Origin: Bacteroidaceae bacterium
GTDB lineage: Bacteria > Bacteroidota > Bacteroidia > Bacteroidales > Bacteroidaceae
Assembly: GCA_017480685.1 (NCBI GenBank)
Contig: JAFUSD010000002.1
Coordinates: forward strand, 14,287 to 78,286
DNA length: 64,000 bases
Direction of reading: 5' to 3'
Shown: positions 46,703 to 56,600 of the stretch, piece by piece
How positions within the stretch are numbered: position 1 is the first letter of the stretch
How the letters are laid out: the number at the start of each line of letters is the position of its first letter
Position numbers and translations under genes: made by a program
Notes under the pieces: model-generated
What the model was told of the DNA's origin: nothing
Databases searched by the model: none
What the model saw: the letters and a program-made list of their open reading frames with translations, nothing else

Positions 46703-48175
46703 ATGACACACACAGGCCATACATTGAAAGACAAAACGGCACGCGGGTTGCTGTGGGGCTTCATCAGTAGCAGCTCCATGCAGGTGTTGAACGTCGTGTT
46801 CGGCATCGTGCTCACATTCTGTCTGTCCAGCGAGGATTATGGCATGATGGCAGTGCTCAGCATCTACTCGGCCATAGCGGCATCGCTGCAAGACAGCGGG
46901 TTCGTGGCTGCACTTACCAACAAGCCCAGACCCACACACCGCGACTACAACTCGGTCTTCTGGTTCAACATTTCGTGTAGCGCCTTTATATACATTGTCT
47001 TGTGGTTCTGTGCTCCACTCATTGCCGACTACAACCACGATCCACGGCTCATACCACTCTCGCGATACACGTTCATCGGTTTCTTTGTGGCAAGCTTCTC
47101 AATCACTCCGAGGGCCATTCTTTTCAAGCAGATGCGGGTGAAAGAACAGACCATCATCAACCTCGTGGCACTCATCGTCTCTGGCATCGTGGGCATAAGC
47201 ATGGCATTGTGCAAGATGGCATTCTGGAGCATTGCCACCCAAAGCATTGTGTTTGTAGGAATAACGGCACTGCTCAGTTGGCATCTCTCGGGTTGGCGCC
47301 CTTCGTTTTCCATCAGTCTCCGACCCATAAGCCAGATGCTGCCTTTCAGCTTCAAACTGCTCATCACCAACATTTTTTTCAACATCAACAAGTTTGCATT
47401 CGAGAGCGTGCTCGGCAATTTCTATCCTAAGACCGACATCGGATTCTACTCGCAAGCCAACAAATGGAATCAGATGGGCAGCCAGACCATAAGCGGCATG
47501 GTGCAAAGTGTGGCACAACCCATGTTTGTGGAAGTAGGAAACGACACTGAACGTCAACGCCGTGTGTTTATCAAGATGCTGCAGTTCACCGCCTTCGTGG
47601 CGTTTCCTGCACTGTTCGGACTCTCGCTCATTGCCCACCAGCTCATAAGCCTGCTGCCACAGCGATGGATGCCTGCAGCCGACTACCTGCAGCTGCTCGC
47701 TATAGCCGGAGCATTCATGCCACTGGCTACTCTCTACTCCAACTTCATCATTGCACAGGGAAAGTCTAACATCTACATGTGGAACATGATAGCACAAAGC
47801 ATCGTAATACTGCTCAACATCTTTGCCGTGCAATACTTCCACATCCACATCCTGAACCTGTCGGGCATTTGGCTCATGATAGCAGTCTACATAACGGCCA
47901 ACATCGTGTGGATACCCATCTGGCACATATTTGTATACCGCCAGATACAGTTGCAACCATGGGGAGCTCTGCGTGCAATACTGCCGTCGATGGCCGCTGC
48001 AGCCATTGCAATGATTGCCACACACTACGCCACAGCGGCCATCACATCAAGCCACCTGCTGCTACTCATCATGCGCATACCTATGGCTGCAGCAATATAT
48101 ATATGCACCATGCGCATCACTCGCTCCGACATTCTCGACGAATGCATCAACTACATACGGCACCGCAATCACTGA
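46703..48175 (+). CDS. Polysaccharide/oligosaccharide flippase (Wzx-like, MOP superfamily)
   Basis: 490-aa ORF with ~12-14 TM helices and the N-terminal pattern KTARGLLWGFISSSSMQVLNVVFGIVL, typical of Wzx/RfbX-like proteins. Confidence 0.8.
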   Translation: MTHTGHTLKDKTARGLLWGFISSSSMQVLNVVFGIVLTFCLSSEDYGMMAVLSIYSAIAASLQDSGFVAALTNKPRPTHRDYNSVFWFNISCSAFIYIVLWFCAPLIADYNHDPRLIPLSRYTFIGFFVASFSITPRAILFKQMRVKEQTIINLVALIVSGIVGISMALCKMAFWSIATQSIVFVGITALLSWHLSGWRPSFSISLRPISQMLPFSFKLLITNIFFNINKFAFESVLGNFYPKTDIGFYSQANKWNQMGSQTISGMVQSVAQPMFVEVGNDTERQRRVFIKMLQFTAFVAFPALFGLSLIAHQLISLLPQRWMPAADYLQLLAIAGAFMPLATLYSNFIIAQGKSNIYMWNMIAQSIVILLNIFAVQYFHIHILNLSGIWLMIAVYITANIVWIPIWHIFVYRQIQLQPWGALRAILPSMAAAAIAMIATHYATAAITSSHLLLLIMRIPMAAAIYICTMRITRSDILDECINYIRHRNH

Positions 48176-48176
48176 T

Positions 48177-48298
48177 AAGGATATCCTCAACGCACCGCAA
48201 GGATATCCTCAACACACCGCAAGGATATCCTCAACGCACCGCAAGGATATCCTCAATGCATTGCAAGGATATCCTCAACGCACCGCAAGGATATCCTC
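48177..48298 (-). repeat. 22-bp tandem array, GAGGATATCCTC-core family, 5.5 units (largest), reverse orientation
   Basis: The forward strand reads aaggatatcctcaacgcaccgc x5.5, with cores at 48177, 48199, 48221, 48243, 48265 and 48287. The reverse complement is gaggatatccttgcggtgcgtt. It starts 1 nt after the flippase stop codon. Confidence 0.95.
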
Positions 48299-48348
48299 AC
48301 GTTTACTCATACCACCTTACAGCCGGTGTCGTTTCATAAGAATCGTGT

Positions 48349-48398
48349 AAAAAAAACAGCAGAAAACCCCGATGAAACCGAGATTTTCTGCTGTTTTT
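48349..48398. terminator. Bidirectional intrinsic terminator between the flippase and argF'
   Basis: aacagcagaaaa-(17 nt)-ttttctgctgtt, flanked by an A8 run upstream and a T run downstream. Confidence 0.8.
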
Positions 48399-48466
48399 GC
48401 ATCTCCACGCCCCTATAGCAGCCTTCCCCTACCTGCAAATGCGCAAATCAATAAGCAGCTCAGCCG

Positions 48467-49429
48467 CTAAAGCGATTGCAACATACGTTTCAGCACCACC
48501 TGGGCCGAAATCTCGCGATTGGCGGCTTCAGGAATGACGATGCTGGTGGGTGCTTCTATGACCGAGTCGGTCACTATCATGTTTCGACGCACGGGCAGGC
48601 AGTGCATGAAATAAGCATTGTCAGTCACAGCCATGTGGCGGTCGTCCACAGTCCACGAGCGGTCGGTGTTGAGAATCTGGCCATATTGCTCCGGACGTGT
48701 CACACCCGGGCAGCTCCAGTTTTTGGCATAGATAAAGTCTGCCCCCTCGAATGCATGCATCTGGTCGTAGTCTACGGGTGTATCGCCAATGAACTGCGGG
48801 TCAAGCTCATAGCCTTCGGGATGGGTGATTACAAACTCTACATCAGCAGCACGCATCCATTCGGCAAACGAGTTTGGCACTGCTTGAGGCAGAGCCTTGG
48901 GGTGTGGCGCCCATGTGAGCACCACCTTCGGGCGTTCCTTGCGTTTGAACTCCTCGATGGTGATGAGGTCGGCAAAAGCCTGCAGGGGATGCACCGTGGC
49001 ACTCTCCATGAAGAAGACCGGGCGTCCGCTGTAGCGTATGAACTGGTTGAGGATGCGTTCCTCGTAGTCGTCGGCACGATTTTGGAAGGTGGCGAAACTG
49101 CGCACACCGATGATGTCGCAATAGCATCCCATGACCGGTATGGCCTCGAGCAGGTGCTCACTCTTGTCGCCATCCATGATGACTCCACGTTCCGTCTCGA
49201 GCTTCCATGCCCCCTGATTGACATCGAGCACGATGACGTTCATGCCGAGGTTCATGGCTGCCTTCTGGGTGCTGAGGCGGGTGCGCAAACTGTTGTTGAA
49301 AAAAATGAGCAGGCACGTCTTGTTCTTGCCCAACGAATCCCAGGCATAGCGATCGTTCTTCACTTCCAAGGCCTCCTGTAATGCAGTGTGGAGGTCGCCT
49401 ATATCGGTTACGTGTTGAAAAAGTTTCAT
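48467..49429 (-). CDS. argF: N-succinyl/N-acetyl-ornithine carbamoyltransferase (Bacteroidota ArgF' type)
   Basis: 320-aa ORF. FFNSLRTRLSTQKAAMNLGMNVIVLDVNQGAWKLETERGVIMDGDKSEHLLEAIPVMGCYCDIIGVRSF closely follows the Bacteroides argF' pattern I recall. HCLPVRRN is also present. Confidence 0.9.
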   Translation of the reverse strand: MKLFQHVTDIGDLHTALQEALEVKNDRYAWDSLGKNKTCLLIFFNNSLRTRLSTQKAAMNLGMNVIVLDVNQGAWKLETERGVIMDGDKSEHLLEAIPVMGCYCDIIGVRSFATFQNRADDYEERILNQFIRYSGRPVFFMESATVHPLQAFADLITIEEFKRKERPKVVLTWAPHPKALPQAVPNSFAEWMRAADVEFVITHPEGYELDPQFIGDTPVDYDQMHAFEGADFIYAKNWSCPGVTRPEQYGQILNTDRSWTVDDRHMAVTDNAYFMHCLPVRRNMIVTDSVIEAPTSIVIPEAANREISAQVVLKRMLQSL

Positions 49430-49447
49430 TGTAGTGAGATTATTTAG

Positions 49448-49511
49448 GTTATGATTCAGTCGAAATATATGTTATGATTCAGACGAAATATGTTATGATT
49501 CAGTCGAACAG
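49448..49511. repeat. ~22-bp tandem triplication that includes the stop codon and last codons of the PfkB kinase gene
   Basis: gttatgattcagtcgaaatatat / gttatgattcagacgaaatat / gttatgattcagtcgaacag. The third copy supplies ...LFD-TGA of the 49500-50450 gene. Confidence 0.9.
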
Positions 49512-50450
49512 AGAGGTCTTCTGAGGCGGGTTGATGTAGTTCTCGGCAAACTCCTTCGATATTGAGTTGTTGAGACTCTGACATACATGAGCCGAGAAAT
49601 CGACGGCAGGGCGCATGATGCTATCCCACTGCTGCTCAGTCATGTTATGGATGTTGGCACGAGTGATGCCCTCGCGCACCAGGCCGAACACAATTCCGGC
49701 ATTGAAGTTGTCACCAGCTCCGATAGTGCTCACCGTAGGCACAGACTTCACACTATAGTCTTTTTTCACCTGCGGCGAGATGAGGCGTATGCTGCCACCC
49801 CCATCGGTGCAAATCATGTTCTTGCAATAAAACTCCACCTCCTTATGGAAGACACGGTCGGGGTCGTTGTCACCAAACATGTTGTCAATATCCTCTGTAG
49901 AGCCACGGACAATATCTGCAAACTCCAGGTTCTCGAGTATGTCGGGATAGAGTTTCATAGCCTCGCCCTTGTGGCTGTTGCGGAAATTGAAGTCGTAGTA
50001 TATGATTGCCTCGCGTTCCTTGGCATAGTTCAGGAACTCAAGCACCTTGCTTCTCAATACCGGATTGAGCACAAAATAAGACCCCATGATTACAATGTCG
50101 TCGCGCTCTATGCGAGGCCAGATAACGTCGAGGCGGGCCTTGGGATAGTCTTTGTAGAACTCATATTCAGCATCATTCTGCTGGTTGAGCCATGCAAGAG
50201 ATATGGGTGTACGTCCGTCGTAGTATACGCATACGTTTTCGTTGTTGACGCCGTTGTCGGCCAGGAAGTCGAGTATGATGCGGCCCACGCGGTCGTTGCC
50301 TGTCTCACTGATGAATGTGACGTTGAGACCGAGGCGTCCGAGGGTAATGACTGAGTTGAATACCGACCCTCCGGGCACTGCGGCTGTGGGTTGTCCGTTC
50401 TTGAAGATGATGTCCATGATGGTCTCACCTATTCCTATTATCTTGCGCAT
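49500..50450 (-). CDS. PfkB-family carbohydrate kinase (fructokinase-like)
   Basis: 316-aa ORF. N-terminal GIGETIMDIIF...PGGSVFN and C-terminal DTIGAGDNFNAG-type motif (VSTIGAGDNFNAGIVFG). Confidence 0.85.
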   Translation of the reverse strand: MRKIIGIGETIMDIIFKNGQPTAAVPGGSVFNSVITLGRLGLNVTFISETGNDRVGRIILDFLADNGVNNENVCVYYDGRTPISLAWLNQQNDAEYEFYKDYPKARLDVIWPRIERDDIVIMGSYFVLNPVLRSKVLEFLNYAKEREAIIYYDFNFRNSHKGEAMKLYPDILENLEFADIVRGSTEDIDNMFGDNDPDRVFHKEVEFYCKNMICTDGGGSIRLISPQVKKDYSVKSVPTVSTIGAGDNFNAGIVFGLVREGITRANIHNMTEQQWDSIMRPAVDFSAHVCQSLNNSISKEFAENYINPPQKTSLFD

Positions 50451-50541
50451 ATAAAAAAGTGTTGAGTTATGTGGTAGTTAATGTATTTATTGCCTCTTTA
50501 TTAAATGTTTCCCCTATATCAGGTTTACTGACAGGCCTGTT

Positions 50542-51081
50542 TTAGTTACCGGCCAAAGCGTTGGTCAGTTGGTCGAATGTATCGACTTTTATCATAAAAC
50601 GGTCGAGGGGCTTGTTGACGGCACCCGCCTGCTGCATAGAGTCGAGCATGGCGAACAAACCGTCCCAGAAGTGGTCGACATTCCAGAATATCACTCGTTT
50701 GGTGCTGTTGCCTATCGATGCTTCGCCTATGACGGTGAATGCCTCGTCGAGTGTGCCGACACTGCCTGGCAATGCTACGAAGACATCGCTTATCTTCATC
50801 ATCCACGTCTTGCGGTCGGTGAGGTTCTCGGTGGGTATCTTGATGCCTATCTGCTGGCTCACCATATCTCGGTCGATAAGTATTTTTGGCACTACACCTA
50901 TCACGTTGATGCTTCCGGCGTGGCGCACCGCTGTGGCCACCGACTCCATCAGCCCGCAGCGTGCTCCGCCATATACCAGTGTGTGCCCGTTTTCGCCTAT
51001 CCAGCGACCCAGTTGCACGGCTGCATCATAGTATTGGGTGGGCAGTTTGTCGGACGACGAACAGAATACTCCAATCTTCAT
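50542..51081 (-). CDS. LOG-family / TIGR00730 Rossmann-fold nucleotide-binding protein
   Basis: 179-aa ORF with GGARCGLM and the PGSVGTLDE motif (PGGxGTxxE). Confidence 0.85.
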   Translation of the reverse strand: MKIGVFCSSSDKLPTQYYDAAVQLGRWIGENGHTLVYGGARCGLMESVATAVRHAGSINVIGVVPKILIDRDMVSQQIGIKIPTENLTDRKTWMMKISDVFVALPGSVGTLDEAFTVIGEASIGNSTKRVIFWNVDHFWDGLFAMLDSMQQAGAVNKPLDRFMIKVDTFDQLTNALAGN

Positions 51082-51105
51082 TATAGACTTGTAATACTTG
51101 TTTTC

Positions 51106-51864
51106 TTATGCTTGTAGTGTGAGTTCCACAGGGCAGTGGTCGGAGCCCATCACCTCTGTGTGTATTTTTGCACCGTCGAGTTGTGGTGCCATGCGCTGGG
51201 AACATACGAAGTAGTCGATGCGCCACCCTGCGTTGTTCTCGCGTGCATGGAATCGGTACGACCACCATGAATAGATGTCGGTTTCATCGGGGTGGAAGTG
51301 TCGGAATGTGTCGATGAAACCACTGTCGAGCAGTTGGGTGAACTGCTGGCGTTCTTCGTCGGTGAAACCGGCATTGCGGCGGTTGGATTGCGGGTTCTTC
51401 AAGTCGATTTCCTTGTGGGCTACGTTCATGTCGCCACAGATGACTACGGGTTTCTGTTGGTCGAGGCGTTGTACGTAAGCACGGAAGTCGTCATCCCACT
51501 GCATGCGGTAGTCGAGCCGGCGCAGGCCGTCTTGCGAGTTTGGGGTGTAGACGGTGACAAGGTAGAAGGTGTCGAACTCGAGTGTGATGACACGTCCTTC
51601 GTGGTCGTGAAGGTCGATACCGAGGCCATAGCTGACGCTCAACGGGTTGAGGCGTGTGTAGATGGCAGTGCCCGAGTATCCTTTCTTGTCGGCATAGTTC
51701 CAGAATGACTGGTAGCCAGGGAAGGCCAGGTCCAACTGCCCTGCCTGCATTTTGGTTTCTTGCAGGCAGAAGCAGTCGGCGTCGAGTGTGTTGAATGTAT
51801 CGGCAAACCCTTTGCCGGCACAGGCTCGAAGGCCGTTAACATTCCATGAGATAAGCCTTATCAT
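51106..51864 (-). CDS. xth: Exodeoxyribonuclease III
   Basis: 252-aa ORF with [26 protein letters not shown] and SDHCPV. Confidence 0.93.
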   Translation of the reverse strand: MIRLISWNVNGLRACAGKGFADTFNTLDADCFCLQETKMQAGQLDLAFPGYQSFWNYADKKGYSGTAIYTRLNPLSVSYGLGIDLHDHEGRVITLEFDTFYLVTVYTPNSQDGLRRLDYRMQWDDDFRAYVQRLDQQKPVVICGDMNVAHKEIDLKNPQSNRRNAGFTDEERQQFTQLLDSGFIDTFRHFHPDETDIYSWWSYRFHARENNAGWRIDYFVCSQRMAPQLDGAKIHTEVMGSDHCPVELTLQA

Positions 51865-51927
51865 TTACGATTTGACTATTTACTATTTACGATTCAGTTG
51901 TCGCAGCGTATATGGATTTACGATTAG
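51863..51927. repeat. AAAT(C/A)GT heptamer tract running directly into the xth start codon
   Basis: The minus strand reads ...aatcgtaaatcc...gaatcgtaaatagtaaatagtcaaatcgtaaATG. Confidence 0.8.
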
Positions 51928-51940
51928 ACTTCTCAGGAAC

Positions 51941-53440
51941 TTATTGTGCATACTTGCTGAAGTCGACGAGGTGCATGTCGCCTTCGCGCAGGAATGTGTC
52001 GTGGAATGCGTGTGTGGCAGCCATGTTGTGGCATGAGTGTCCCTTGGTCGATATCTTGAGGTAGTCCCAAAGCAGTTGCTTGTAGTCGGGGTGTGCACAG
52101 TTTTCGATGATTGCCTTGGCGCGTTCCATTGGGCCTTTGCCTCGGAGGTCTGCCACTCCTTGCTCGGTCACGATGATGTTGACGTCGTGTTCGGTGTGGT
52201 CGATGTGTGAACAGAAGGGCACGATGCTCGATATCATGCCACCCTTGGCAACCGACGGACATGTGAAGATGCTAAGGAAGGCGTTGCGCTCGAAGTCGCC
52301 CGAACCGCCGATGCCGTTCATCATCTTGGTGCCGCATATCTGTGTTGAGTTGGCGTGGCCGTAGATGTCGACTTCGATTGCGGTGTTGATGGCGATAAGT
52401 CCCAGACGACGTATTACCTCGGCATTGTTTGATATCTCTGACTGTCGCAGCACGAGTTTGTCGCGGAAGAAGTCGATGTTGTCGTAGATGCTGAGGAGTT
52501 TGTCGTTGGTGACGGTGAGTGAACATGTAGATGCGCATTTAACCTTGCCTTCGAACATGAGGTCTACGATGGCGTTCTGCAGCACTTCGGTGTAGATTTC
52601 CATTGCAGGCATTTCGGGGTTGCTACCCAGTGCGAATAGTATGGCGTTGGCTGTGGTGCCTACACCGCTCTGGAATGGGAGGAAGCCTGGAGGGATGATG
52701 CCGCGCTTCTTTTCGCCCATGAGGAAGTGCTCTACGTTTTCACCTATCTTGGTTGTGATTGGGTCGGCACCCTTGAAGTCGCGTGCCTCGTCGGGCAGGT
52801 TGCATTCCACTACGCCCACAATCTTCTTGGGGTCGATTTGCAGGTAGGTGGTACCGATGCGGTCGGTGACGTGTTCGATTGGAATTGGCTTGCGCTGAGG
52901 AGGGTCGAGTGGTTCGTAGACATCGTGTATGCCGATTGACTTAGGAGAGTGGAAGGCGTTGAGCTCGAGTATGACACCCTTGCGTGCCAGGCGTGCTATG
53001 GTTGGCGATATGCCACCGGCTGCTGTGAGGTATACCTTGCCGTCGGGTTCGATGGCACATACTTCGATGATTGCCCAGTCTACAGGGCCGAGGAATCCGT
53101 AGCGCAGGTCTTGAGCCATCATGCCGAGGTGCAGGTCGCTGTATGCCAGTTCGCCTGCATTGACGTGTTTGCGGAAGTCGGGGTTGGTGGTGTAGGGTGC
53201 GCGATAGCGTATGGCATGTTCGTTCGACAATGCTCCGTCGCACGACTGTCCGGTTGATGCACCGGTGAACACTCCCACTTGGAATGGGCGTCCTGCCTCG
53301 TGCTCTGCATGTGCACGTTTTGCTAACTCTGAAGTCACTGCCTTGGCTGTGCCGGCAGGTGTAAATCCACTGAGACCGATGTTGTCTCCGTGTTGAATCA
53401 TGGCCGCAGCTTCGGCGGCTGTAATGCGTGTAAATGACAT
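51941..53440 (-). CDS. Acetyl-CoA hydrolase/transferase family protein (succinyl-CoA:acetate CoA-transferase-like)
   Basis: I prefer the start at the ATG 53440 (MSFTRITAAEAAAMIQHGDNIGLSGFT). It contains GIGGSGDF and the typical two-domain CoA-transferase layout. Confidence 0.9.
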   Translation of the reverse strand: MSFTRITAAEAAAMIQHGDNIGLSGFTPAGTAKAVTSELAKRAHAEHEAGRPFQVGVFTGASTGQSCDGALSNEHAIRYRAPYTTNPDFRKHVNAGELAYSDLHLGMMAQDLRYGFLGPVDWAIIEVCAIEPDGKVYLTAAGGISPTIARLARKGVILELNAFHSPKSIGIHDVYEPLDPPQRKPIPIEHVTDRIGTTYLQIDPKKIVGVVECNLPDEARDFKGADPITTKIGENVEHFLMGEKKRGIIPPGFLPFQSGVGTTANAILFALGSNPEMPAMEIYTEVLQNAIVDLMFEGKVKCASTCSLTVTNDKLLSIYDNIDFFRDKLVLRQSEISNNAEVIRRLGLIAINTAIEVDIYGHANSTQICGTKMMNGIGGSGDFERNAFLSIFTCPSVAKGGMISSIVPFCSHIDHTEHDVNIIVTEQGVADLRGKGPMERAKAIIENCAHPDYKQLLWDYLKISTKGHSCHNMAATHAFHDTFLREGDMHLVDFSKYAQ

Positions 53441-53477
53441 GTTATAATTATATGTTTTGATGTAATGTTTCAATTTG

Positions 53478-53485
53478 CAAAGGTA
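53478..53485 (-). promoter_or_regulatory. -7 promoter box TACCTTTG upstream of the CoA-transferase gene
   Basis: The minus strand reads atttcgTACCTTTGcaaattg, 38 nt upstream of the ATG at 53440. Confidence 0.55.
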
Positions 53486-53491
53486 CGAAAT

Positions 53492-53516
53492 AATTGACAA
53501 TTGATGGTTGTCAATT
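53492..53516. promoter_or_regulatory. Perfect 9-bp inverted repeat (AATTGACAA-N7-TTGTCAATT) just upstream of the -7 box; candidate operator
   Basis: Read directly from the sequence. It spans about 7-31 nt upstream of the TACCTTTG box on the minus strand. Confidence 0.35.
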
Positions 53517-53646
53517 GGTAATAATTTGCATTTGGGCCCATGTTTTTGGATACATAGGGCTTAATCTATCTGTTTCGGGGTCTTTAGTATGTTGCACGTA
53601 AGGCCGTGACCTGCCTTGTGTTGCTGCCCCCTGCTGCTGCATTGTT

Positions 53647-56600
53647 TCAGTGTACGGCTCCTGGGGTAATTCCGAACATATCCTTGAATGCAAGGGTGAA
53701 CGATCGTTGGTCGTTGTAGCCCACCCTGTACATTGCTTCTGCCACTCCTATGGTTTGGTTTTGTAGCAACTGGTATGCATATCTCAGCCTTATGCTTCTT
53801 ATGAATTGTGATGGTGTCTGCCCTGTCAGTGCTTTCAGTTTGCGGGTGAGGGTTGATCGGCTCATCATCATGTCTGAGCACAATGCTTCAACGTCGTATT
53901 CTGACTCGGATATGTGTTGTTCTACTATGTTGATGGCGTGTTGCACAAACTGGCGGTCTATGTCGCCCACTTCCATCTCGTCGGCCGATGTCTGTGCAGC
54001 TGTATGCTGGAAGTGTTGCTGCATCTTTGCCCGTCCTGCCATGAGACTTTCGAGCAGTGAGAGCAGCACTGGTGTGTCGAATGGTTTGGGCAGGTAGGCA
54101 TCGGCTCCGGCTTTATATGATTCCACTTGGGTCTGCACCCCGGTCATGGCAGTGAGCAGTACGATGATGGTGTGGCTGAAGCGTATGTCGTTTTTTATTG
54201 TGTTGCATAGTTGTATTCCGTCCATGCGTGGCATGCTTATGTCGCTCACCACTATGCTGATGTCTTCGTTTTCTATTATGTCGAGTGCTTCTATGCCGTC
54301 GTGTGCACAGAAGACGGTGTAGTGTGTTGACAGCATGTCTTGCATTGCAGCCAGCAGTTCCAGGTTGTCTTCCACCATGAGCAGCGATGTGGTGTGTGAT
54401 GGTATGTTGGGTGTATCTGTGTGTTGTGCTGTCTTTGAGGTGGCTATGTTGGTTGTGTCGATTTGTGGTTCTCCCAGTTCGGTCTCGTCATAGCTTTGTG
54501 CGTCTATCGGCAGTTCCACCTTGAACGTGGAACCTTTGCGTGGCTGGCTTTCGAGGCTGATGGTTCCGTGGTGCAGTGTCACGAGTTCTTTGGTCAGCGA
54601 GAGTCCTATGCCGTTGCTTATGGTGCCGGCGTTTTTGCGTGATGAGTAGAAGCGGTTGAAGATGTATTTCTGTTCTTTCGGTTCTATGCCTATGCCTTCA
54701 TCGCTCACGCTCAGTGTCAGTATGTTTGCCTGCTCGGTGGCGCTGAGTGTCACCTTGCGCCCTGTGGGTGTGTATTTCATGGCGTTCGACACGAGGTTGA
54801 ACATTATCTTTTCTATCTTGTCGCGGTCTACGTATCCTTCTATGTCGTGTACAGGCAGGAGTGTCATGAACTGTATGTTGCTGTCGACCGCGAGTGGTTC
54901 GAAGCTCTCGCGGCATATTGTGCGCAGCATTTCGGTTATGTTGGTATGTTCCACATATAGTTTCATGTTGTTGCTCTCCACCTTTCTGAAGTCGAGCACC
55001 TGTTGCAGCAGTCGTTTCAGTCGCATGACGTTGGCTTGTATCAGTCGTGGTTCGTCGCTGTCTTGCTGTGGTTTCAGGCGTCCGGCCAGCAGGTTGATTA
55101 TGGTGAGTGGGGTGAGCAGTTCGTGGCTTATGCTGGTGAAGTATGTCATCTTGGCCTGCGTTATGTTGTCGGCCAGTTTCTTCTGGTTTTGCTTTTCCAG
55201 ATGGCGTTTGTAGAGCATGATGACCGTAGTTGCTGCCGCGATTGCTATCAGTGTGTAGATGATGTATGCCAGTATGGTTTCATACCATGCCGGCTGGCGA
55301 TATACGTAGAGTCGTGTTTCGGCATCGCTCCATAGTCCGTTGGTGTCGGTAGACTTTATGTGTAGTGTGTGTCGGCCTCGTGGCAGGCGGTTGTATATGG
55401 CTGTGTTGTGTCCGGCGTCCAGTTCTGTCCAGTCGTCGTCCACTCCGTCCATCTTGTATGCGTAGCGTATGTTTTGCAGGTTGGCAAAATCGAGCGACGA
55501 GAAGCTGATGGTGATGTTGTGTGCGTTGTGGCCGAGGGTTATCTCGCCGGGGCGTGCATGGTTCTTAGGGTCGAACCACACGGAGGCACCTGCCACTGAT
55601 ACATCGGTTATGTGTGGTATGACCCGTGTGGGTTTGCTTTCCAGTTTTTTCGATGGGCTCAGGGTCATGAATCCCGGAATACCTCCTATGTATATGAGGC
55701 TGTCGGTGGGGTCTATGAATACTGACGATGGCAGCAGTCTCAGCAGTGGGCACGAGGGGGTTGCGGTGGTTGTGGTGCGGAATGCTCCGTTGGCGGGGTT
55801 GTATTCTTTCACTCCCTGACTGGTCATTATCCACAGGTGGTTGAAGCAGTCGGTGTCGAGGTGTTCTATGCTTTCGCCGTTCATGCCGCAGTCTTCGGTG
55901 AAGTCGCTGTATCGTTTGCCCTCGTCTTGCGATTCGTCGAACCGGTATACGCGTCCTTCGCGTGTACCTATCCAGATGTAGGGTGCGGCGGTGGTCACGG
56001 TTATTATGTCGATTCCTAACGGGTATAGGTGTGACTCGCCGCCTGGGGTCACCTTCAGCAGTCCTTGTCCGCGCACAGCACACCAGATGTTGTGTTGTCT
56101 GTCTTCTGCCATGTCGGCTATCTCGCCGTCGGTGGTGCCTATGTGTCGTGGCAGGCTGCTGTCGTGGGGCATCATGTATAGTCCGTGTCGGGTACCCATC
56201 CACAGGTTGCAGCCTGTGTCTTCGTATGCAGTGGTGATTCCGGCTCTCTCGTCTTGCTCCACACCGGTGCTCACCCGCTTTATCATTGTCAGGTTCATGC
56301 CTTGGCGCTCCAGCAGTATGGCTTCGTAGCTATAGACAGCCCATACGCGCTGTGTGTGCGTGTGTGATGGTATGAGGTGTTGTGTGAGGTATAGCGGCAG
56401 CTTGTTCACCTGTGGCAGTTTCATGTAGTCGGTCCATGAGTCGGTGGCGGCATCATACAGCCACAGGTTGTTGCGTTTCTGCATCACCCAGTACACACCG
56501 CCGCCGTCTCTGCATAGTGCCATCACCGATGGTGCGAAGTGTGTGAGGTGTGCCAGTGTGGGCAGGGTGTCGTATTTTATGCGGTTGCCGTCAAGGTCTA

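Noticed and set aside
48177-48298. CRISPR array interpretation of the 22-bp repeats
   Set aside because: The whole period is 22 bp, and the 10-bp 'spacer' part is itself conserved between units and between loci. There are no unique spacers, no leader and no cas genes in the window.
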